Shown piece after piece: positions 54,700 through 64,000 of a stretch of DNA of 64,000 nucleotides. Every line of letters starts with the position of its first letter. Within the stretch, counting starts at the first letter, position 1. Position numbers and translations under genes: made by a program. The notes beneath the pieces are model-generated. The model ran no database searches and was not told the DNA's origin. It worked only from the letters and a program-made list of their open reading frames with translations. The DNA comes from the human T2T-CHM13v2.0 reference genome, Homo sapiens. The stretch is taken from the NCBI RefSeq assembly GCF_009914755.1, contig NC_060929.1. One strand, 5' to 3'.

Positions 54700-56420
54700 C
54701 AGAATTCCCTGTAAAGATGGTAAATTAAAATAGGTACATATTTTTCCTCCCTCTTGAAAACCTCCTGAAAAAATAGAATTTCTTTGAAAGAAAGGTAGGA
54801 ATCATACGGAAAGTTAGTACATGACATAGCAGACCTGAGAAAAGTATTTCATAAGCCAGCAGTGGAGGACCCTGAGGACTCATCCAATCTAAAACAAAGT
54901 TTCCGGAAATGGTAGTACCAGGTGCCCCTGCAAGTCAGGGTGAAGGAAAGGAAGGAGCTCAAATAAGGAGGATCAGCTGAGAGCCTGTTCCAGAAGCAGT
55001 CTGACTCCATGGGGCTGAGTTATTGAAGGTGTATTCAATAAAGAAGAAAAAAACAGAAGACATCTGGCCTAGGAGATGCCAGACGAAAGTGTGGGCAGTG
55101 ATACCTTACTCAAAAGCAGGTTTCAATCAAAGTGTGCATCCTGGAGGCTAAAACCTCCAGCACTTTCCTCCCGTTCATCTCCTAGCGCACTGGTGGCCAG
55201 GCCTTCACACATCATGCAGGGATCAGACAATTCTTATTTGTGAAATCCTAGCAGTCCAAGAAGAAAGACTTGCATATATTGATATTGGCATCTCTCCAAC
55301 TAAATGTCCCAACCAGATTACCCTGCAGTAAGCTCACAGGCCACAAGCCCTACTCACATGCTCAGTCAGTGCTCTCCAGCTAAATGTCCCAACCAGGTCA
55401 CCCTGCAGTAAGCTCACAGACCACAAGCCCTACTCACATGCTCAGTCAGTGCTCTCCAGCTAAATGTCCCAACCAGATCACCCTGCAATAAGCTCACAGA
55501 CCACAAGTCCTACTCACATGCTCAGTCAGTGCTCTCCAGCTAAATGTCCCAACCAGGTCACCCTGCAGTAAGCTCACAGACCACAAGCCCTACTCACATG
55601 CTCAGTCAGTGCTCTCCAGCTAAATGTCCCAACCAGGTCACCCTGCAGTAAGCTCACAGACCACAAGTCCTACTCACATGCTCAGTCAGTGCTCTCCAGC
55701 TAAATGTCCCAACCAGATCACCCTGTAGTAAGCTCACAGACCACAAGTCCTACTCACATGCTCAGTCAGTGCTCTCCAGCTAAATGTCCCAACCAGGTCA
55801 CCCTGCAGTAAGCTCACAGACCACAAGCCCTACTCACATGCTCAGTCAGTGCTCTCCAGCTAAATGTCCCAACCAGATCACCCTGTAGTAAGCTCACAGA
55901 CCACAAGTCCTACTCACATGCTCAGTCAGTGCTCTCCAGCTAAATGTCCCAACCAGGTCACCCTGCAGTAAGCTCACAGACCACAAGCCCTACTCACATG
56001 CTCAGTCAGTGCTCTCCAGCTAAATGTCCCAACCAGATCACCCTGTAGTAAGCTCACAGACCACAAGTCCTACTCACATGTTCAGTCAGTGCTCTCCAGC
56101 TAAATGTCCCAACCAGATCACCCTGCAATAAGCTCACAGACCACAAGCCCTACTCACATGCTCAGTCGGTGATCACCTTAGCATCACACACAATGAAATG
56201 AGAACATAGCCCCAAGGATTAAAGAGAACTAAGGAACAATGCTCACATAGAAGAGAGAGTGAAAACAAGCAAACAGAAGCAAATCTACTTGGAGGACACA
56301 GACTCTGTGAGGCAAAGCAAACTTTAGAAAAGAGGCAGAGAGAACTTAGAAAAATAGCAGAAGAGACCATTGTAAATTGGGAGATAGTACTTAAAAAAAC
56401 TAAACATTCAGAGAATGAAA
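54700..56420 (+). mobile_element. Ancient L1M(E) 5' region relic hosting the VNTR
   Basis: ttccctgtaaagatgg start-like motif, cagtccaagaagaaagac..gatattgg leading into the repeat unit, and A-rich ORF1-like sequence after it. Confidence 0.45.
55292..56171. repeat. Minisatellite/VNTR, 11 copies of an 80-bp unit
   Basis: Unit ctctccagctaaatgtcccaaccag[a/g]tcaccctg[c/t]a[g/a]taagctcacagaccacaag[c/t]cctactcacatgctcagtcagtg; taaatgtccc recurs every 80 nt from 55301 to 56101. Confidence 0.97.
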
Positions 56421-56570
56421 AGGAATCTTGGATTTTTCCAAATTGCTTTTTTTTTGGTGGGGGGGTGGCATGAAATGAGGAGTGTGCAAGAAATGGGAAT
56501 CCATCATAGTTTACAACTTGGATGAGAATGGCATTTGCATATTCAAAATATTTTAAGTAATAAATATTGA

Positions 56571-56990
<420 letters not shown>

Positions 56991-57167
56991 TAATAGACAA
57001 TGCCAAAAGTGAAAAGAAATGTTTAAAAAAGAAGTACCAAAGCATATTATTGGCATCATGTTCATAAATGCCAAAATAACAATTACAACAGCTTAAAGAG
57101 GTACAAAAGTTCCTCTGGCAAGGGGATCATGAGAGACTGCTGTATTTCGTTTGTTTGGGGGTTTGGA

Positions 57168-57463
57168 TTTTTTTTTTTCTTTTTTGAGACAGGGTCTCAC
57201 TCCCTGTTGCCCAGGCTGGAGTGCAGTGGTATAATCACAGCTCACTGCAACCTCAACTTTCTGGGCTCAAGCCTGCCTCAGCCTCCCCGATAGCTGGGAC
57301 TACAAGTGTGCACCACCATGCCAGGCTAATTTTTGATATTTTTAGTAGAGATGGGATTTCGCCCTGTTGCCCAGGCTGATCTTGAACTCATGGGCTCATG
57401 CAATCTTCCCGCCTGGGTCTCCCAAAGTGCTGGGGTTATAGGCATGAGCCACTGTGCCCAGCT
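57168..57463 (-). mobile_element. AluJ
   Basis: gagacagggtctcactc..ctgggctcaag..gggctcatgcaatc. Confidence 0.88.
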
Positions 57464-58964
57464 TGTTTTGTTTTTAAATGAAGCTTGAAGAATTTTTTGA
57501 ACTATATACACTTATAACTTTGATAAAAATAAAATTTCATATCAAAACTGTAAGTAGCATCATTTGTGTAAAAGTAGATTTCTCAAATTATTAAAAATAT
57601 TATCCTATGCAATTAGACACTGAGCACATCAAAGTTTCATTTAACTGGTAAACCAGGGAACAAGCTGAACAACAACAACCTGGTTCAAAAGTATTCAGGC
57701 TTCTTGATATTTTGTGAGAGAAGAGATACTTGTATAAAATTATCATTAGGTATAAAACAGGTAAATTTTCTCCAGAGTAATAAAACTATGAGTTTTAACA
57801 AAGCAGCAAACATCACATTTTATCATTTTTCTGCAAGTTAACTACTAACTCTGCAAGGTTATAACATTTCTAGTTTCTAATCAGTTGTGGATGGTTAATC
57901 CAAACAAAGTTATATTCCTGAGAGGGTAAAAGGACCTTCCGTGTGGTTTTTCCAAATGTTCTATTAAAAATGTCATGCCATCCTCATTTTGCTTTATTTC
58001 CAAGTTTTGGAGCTTTTTCTTGCACACTTGCCATAAATATGACCAACTTCAAAAAATAAACACAATAAAAACAAAACAATGTCATTAAGTTCTAAGTAGA
58101 TACTGTTTGCTGCCTGCTCTGACCTGAAGATTTTCCTCTTTGTTAGAAAAGGTGTTTTTACAAGAACTAGAGAGGTATTAAAGACATATAATCACCAAAA
58201 CGAGATTTCTCTACTTGGTATCATGAAAAGTGTTGAAAGAAAAATGAAAAAAAAAGGCCACATTTTTTATATAATTTGGTTTAGTGTTATGAAATGCTTT
58301 GTCTATTGTTACTTAAAATATTCTCATATTTGGTGTGCTTTCTTATTCTAGAAACCCTACAGGAGATCAGTAGTTTTGCACTGCATTCTGAAAAGTCCTA
58401 GGAGTGGCCTAGGGTCAAGAGTGAGTCAGGAAGAGAGGGCTTGGCTCCCTTAGCCCCGACCCTGCCTAGTCCCCATCCACTCCCAGCTCACCTTCTGCTG
58501 TGTTATGTAGTGAGCTCTGCATAAGACTTCATTTGAAGTCCCTTCCAGATACCAGAGCCTATAATTATTAAAAGAAAAAAAAATCACTACAATTTGCAGT
58601 GTGTTTAGGTTGGATGGATTAATTTCTTTGCCAAGGCCATAATGGGAAGACTGATTTTGTCATTTCAATTACAAGCTACCGTTTAGTTTGAGCCCAGAAG
58701 TCACTTTCCTAGAGTCTCCCTCCACTTGCCTGGCACTGGAGCAATTAACAGTGGGTGATTTGTGGCTGCACTTTTACTGCTTAGCACAGGTTTATCATCT
58801 TGAAAGTTTTCCATTTGCATATATGCTATACATTCTTTGGGTGACATTTAGATATCACCCAGAGTTTAGATTATGCATTGCCTTGTACTGCACTTTCTGC
58901 TACGTGCTGGCAATCTGCAAGCCCAACCAGAGAGCTGATGCAAACCAAGGGGAACGTGAGTTGC

Positions 58965-59200
58965 AGCCACCACTTACTGAGGGCTTACTATATACCAACC
59001 CCCAGTATCAAAGACTTTACCTGCATTACCTTGTTTATTCCTCAAACCAGTAACTTTGAGGTTACTATTATTTGCCACATTTTATAAACAAAGAAACAGA
59101 AACTCAGAGAGGAAAAGCAATTTGCCCAAGGTCACCCAGCTCAAATGAGCAGAATTGGGATTCAAACTCAAGTATCTCTAATCTCAAAACACTCTGCTAT
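58965..59200 (-). mobile_element. MIR
   Basis: gaaacagaaactcagagagg..tttgcccaaggtcacccagct..gggattcaaactc. Confidence 0.75.
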
Positions 59201-59679
59201 GCAACCTCCCAATACTGGGAGCTTTCAGAGTGAAATGAATTGAATTTGACAGTTTTCTACTTTTAAATACCAAACTTCCTGAGCAGTCTAATTGCTGCTC
59301 TTTGGAACAAGAAGAAATGGCTATTTAAAAGAAGCAAGGGGCAGGAGGTCAAGAAAGTGGGTTTTAATATCTCTATTCACAAGGGAAGAGATGTAATCCT
59401 GGAAAAAAAATAGCATCAAAATGAAAACCATTATATAAATTTGATGAAATTGCAAAGGAATGCAGAAAATATAAGGGAGGGGGAATACATAGCATTGAAG
59501 ATTTTATAAAAGGCAGAGAAAAGATCAAAAGTCACTGAAGGAGGTAGAAGTTGGTCCAATTGAAGGCAGGGTCTATCCATCTTGACAGATGGAAGGTGGA
59601 TGATGAAACCCCCCAAGCAGCCACCAGAAATCTCTGATCGTGTTCCAGTCTGCATGGGTGAGTTTGGATAAGGAGAATA

Positions 59680-59880
59680 CTCTGGAGACAGGCTGCTGGG
59701 TTGAATCCTTTCTCCCTTCCTCACTGGGTGACCCTGGATGAATTACTTAACCACTCTGGCTTCAGTTTCTTCATCTGAACAATGGAGAGAGTAATGTTGC
59801 TCGTCTTGATGTGAGACGATATAAAGTGCTTAGCAGAGTACCGGGCATTTAGGAAGCACTAAAGACTGTCAGCTGTGGTT
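59680..59880 (+). mobile_element. MIR
   Basis: ctctggagacaggctgctgggttgaatcc..gtgaccctggatgaattacttaacc..cagtttcttcatctg. Confidence 0.75.
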
Positions 59881-61414
59881 GTTGCTATAACCATGAACAT
59901 CATGTTCACGTAGTACAAGAAATAGGAGACTGTAAGTCAGCAAAATGGCTTGGAGAAATAAAGGAGAAGGAAATCAGGAGAGAGGTTCATCTTTGGGCCA
60001 GAAATATGGGGAGATCTGTCTTCCCTGGCCTTGAGTGTCAGGAGTAGAAAGGGCTGGTTGGTGGGGAGAGACCAGCAAGTCTCCAGCAGAGACTGAAGTC
60101 TGGCTGCGCTTGATGAAGCAGGGGAACTTGTTTCTGTAAAATAAATGCTCTAACAAAAGCTCCAGTGGCAGAGGTTCTGTTGGTGGCTCCACAGGGCTAG
60201 AGAGTCTGGGAGTAGCCAAAGTAACAAATAAGTGAGTCTAAGGCAGAGAAAGAAAGCTCTGGGTTATTCATCTCCGGATGCCAAAAGCCACTGAAAGTCA
60301 TTGGGGCAGGGGGAGGACATTTTTTAGTAAGCACATCTTCTTTCTTTTTCTGGCCCTACCCCAACTGCAAATCTACTTCTCTCTCACTGTATAACCAACT
60401 CCCTGCAATTCCTTACATTAAGTGACAAAACCACACTTAAGTTTAATGCGGTAAAGCTTGCTGGAGTACTTGTAAATGAGCATGGGTGGTCATCCACGTT
60501 TTCAGCCACTATCGATTTAGCACTTTCTTTGTGTCAGGCTCTGGCTAGGTTCTGGAGACACAAGGCTGTTCCCAAACCCCCATCTCCAGAGCTAAACAGC
60601 ATGTCACATCATGGTTCTTAGCCATCAGAATAACACACCTAAAATTCAGAAATTGCTGACGCTCAGGCTCTGTTTCAGACTACAAAATCTCCAGCAGAGG
60701 ACCCAGGCATGTAAGTTCTTCCAGAATTGCACATGTCATTTTTAGGTCCACATCGACCTTGAGAGAACCTTCTACATTTTTGTAGATGAGAGAATTGAGG
60801 CTCAGAGAAGTGATAAGTGAGGTTGCACACCTGGCAAATACAGCATTGAACTTCAGACCCAGAGCTTCTGAAGTTAAGATTCCTAGGCCTTTCCACTTGG
60901 CCATGGCCACCCTCGCGTATGCATGGTGTGCAACTCTGTGCCTAAATGCTATGCTGGTAAAATGCTCCAAGATATAGATGAATATGCTTGAAACCCTTGC
61001 CGACTACAACAAAAGCTCAAAAAGGATCGGCAAATCCTACAGAAAGTTTAGGGACCTGTATTTAAAGTAGCCAGAACCCAATACCTGTTACAACCTGACT
61101 CACTGTAAATTTCCACCCAAGGTGGGTAATGTGGCTTCTATTATACAAGCACCATGTGGTTACCATTATGTAACCCTAGTTTCCATTATATAACCCTAGT
61201 CCCGGGGCTCCAGAAACACTGCCTCCTCAATTTGTCCCTCCAGCCTCCAAGTGACAGTGGCTTCCTGCTGTGGCTGACTCTAGGTTACCTTGTTTGGTGT
61301 GTTGGCATTTCCGTTACCTGTATAACCAATTCCCTGCATTAAATTTCCTCCTTATTCCAGCTCAGATCCTGACTATTAGATGAAGAAACCAAGGATTAGA
61401 AAAGTTAATATAAC

Positions 61415-61833
61415 TGTATTGGTCTGTTCTTGCGCTGCTATAAAGAAATACCTGAGACTGGGTAATTTTTAAAGAAAAAAGGTTTAATTGGTTCCTGATT
61501 CCACAGGCTGTACAGGAAGTGTGATGCTGGCATCTGCTAGGCTTCTGGGGAGGCCTCGGGACACTTTTACTCACGGTAGAAGGCAAGGCACGAGCAGGCG
61601 TCTTCACGTAGCCAGAGCTGGAGGAAGAGAAAGAGGGGAGAAGTTGCCACACACTTTTAAACAAACAGATCTCATGAGAACTCACTATCGTGATGACAGC
61701 ACCAAGGGAGATGGTGTTAAACCATGAGAATCCACTCCCATGATCCAATTGCCTTCTACGAGGCCCCACCTCCAACACTGGGGATTATGATTTGACCTGA
61801 GATTTCGCCGGGGACACAGATCCAAACCATATA
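61415..61833 (-). mobile_element. MSTA-type MaLR solo LTR with 5-bp TSD, inserted into a MIR
   Basis: tgtattggtctgttcttgcgctgctataaagaaatacctgagactgggtaatt..gggacacagatccaaaccat; TSD ataac at 61410-61414 and 61834-61838. Confidence 0.88.
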
Positions 61834-61993
61834 ATAACTTAACCAATGCAGTACTAATTATTGTCAGAGCTAGTATTCTAGCTCCAAAGTTCCTGATTCC
61901 AAAGCCTAAGTTAAGCCATCTTAACTTATATTTCAGGTGACTAGTGGAATTTTTTATGCCCAGTGTAGGTGGTAATGACGATGGAGATATGGC

Positions 61994-62032
<39 letters not shown>
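61994..62032. repeat. (GAT)13 trinucleotide repeat followed by a GGT-rich tract
   Basis: Read directly; lies about 130 nt upstream of the acceptor at 62163-62164. Confidence 0.95.
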
Positions 62033-62033
<1 letters not shown>

Positions 62034-62143
62034 GCAGTAGTGGTGGTGGTGTTGGTGATGGTGTTGAAGATCACCATGTCTGACCACTGTTGTCTGTGTC
62101 CTTTGTACAATTGTTCAGATGCAGTGTCCTGGTTGTCACATAG

Positions 62144-62308
<165 letters not shown>

Positions 62309-62909
62309 TAAAAATGGATTTTCTGAAAAGGCAGATCACATTGAACTCCCAGCATTGATCATTGCTTTGTTTTGGAGTAGGGTGACCAGATTTTTCCTGT
62401 CTGAGTTGGGAGGACTTGAGAATTAACTCAAGTTGTTGAAATAAAACAGGGCTTAGGACTTGTCTAGTTGAGTGTACCAGCGCTAAATTGAGCATACCAG
62501 CAAGGGTGGACTATCACTGCTGAAGACAGAGAAGGGAGAGCAGCTTTTGTAAGTAAACAAGGTGGAACATTCCAGATGCATGTCCACTAGGAACCTTTTC
62601 CTCTGGCCTACAGTCACATGGTGCCCAGTCTCAGGGTCCTGTGAGCTTGGTTTCCTAAGGGGCTTCATTGCGTGTTAATTCTGCCCATAGATGCTGGTTA
62701 TTCAAGGTCATTACTACATATTGAGCTATTCTTCTGCATAAACAGTATGTTCTGAAGATCAGGAAATTTCTGCCCCGTCATCTGATTATTTTTCTTCTCC
62801 CGACACAGAACCCAGCTCGAACCCTTTAACCTCTGCCCATCGTGCTTTAAACCAAGGACCCAAAATTCAAATGCTTTCAGGGGCCAGTCACCAACATAAA
62901 TGAGTATGC

Positions 62910-63360
62910 CCAACCATGTCACTCCTCTGCTGAAACCTGCCAATGGTTGTCCATCTCACTCAGAATAAAATCCAAACATTGCCAGGCCTGAAATGCCTTT
63001 GCCCCATGCTTATTTATTTATGTGTTCCTCCCACATATAAAACATGATAGATGTGCTGTTTCCCTTTTTTTGAGTCTGATATCACCTAAGCATAGAGGCT
63101 TGCCTTCTCTGATCACCCTGTCTACAATTCCCAGTACCTCTCCATCCACTAAAAGTCATACCTTACTTCTTTATTTTTCTAATTACGTATAATCGGAAAT
63201 ATACATTATCTTATTTGGTTATTGTCTAGCTATCCTCATGAGAATATGAGCTCCAGGAAAGTAAGCATGTTTTTCTGTTTTGTCATTGCTGTGTCTCTAG
63301 GTCGTATAACAGCACTTGGCATATAGCAGGTGCTCAGTAAATACGTTTGAATGAATAAAT
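62910..63360 (+). mobile_element. L2a-type 3' region
   Basis: catgtcactcctctgctgaaacctgccaatgg..tcagaataaaatccaaac..ggcatatagcaggtgctcagtaaatacgtttgaatgaata. Confidence 0.75.
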
Positions 63361-63511
63361 GCATGACATGTGCCAGGCAGGGACTCTAATGTTTAAAAAA
63401 GGATGAGGGCTACTCAGCCTTGACTGATTGATACCATGTGGGATTGGACCATATAGTTGCTAGGATTCCCAATATTTCAAGAGAAACTGAAAATTTCCAT
63501 GTTTTGTATGA

Positions 63512-64000
<489 letters not shown>

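Noticed and set aside
55292-56171. CRISPR-like array
   Set aside because: Units are head-to-tail with no unique spacers and no cas genes, in a primate intron; it is a minisatellite.
61163-61200. 20-bp-period duplication ccatta[tg/ta]taaccctagt
   Set aside because: Ordinary slippage duplication; the taaccct resemblance to a telomere repeat is too short to mean anything.

Overview
This is primate genomic DNA, most likely human, lying inside the DOCK2 gene on the + strand. There are only two coding exons: 24468-24616 (149 nt, [50 protein letters not shown]) and 62165-62260 (96 nt, [32 protein letters not shown]). They splice in frame across a 37.5-kb GT-AG intron; from memory these are canonical exons 26 and 27. 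The rest is intronic and dense with repeats: a full-length but dead L1PA4/5-type LINE-1 in sense orientation, about a dozen Alu or Alu-monomer copies, solo LTRs, MER DNA transposons, MIR/L2 relics, microsatellites and an 11 x 80-bp VNTR. I found no evidence of a new gene or a new multi-gene system. The most interesting signals are small and structural: a complex templated-insertion scar at 31.0 kb that copies a 35-bp junction from 2.4 kb upstream, a short 3' transduction tag on the L1, the VNTR with a dimeric higher-order pattern and repeated RUNX motifs, and a PU.1/IRF/RUNX motif cluster beside a consensus antisense splice donor. Repeat subfamily names come from recalled consensus sequences, and boundaries of old repeats are approximate.
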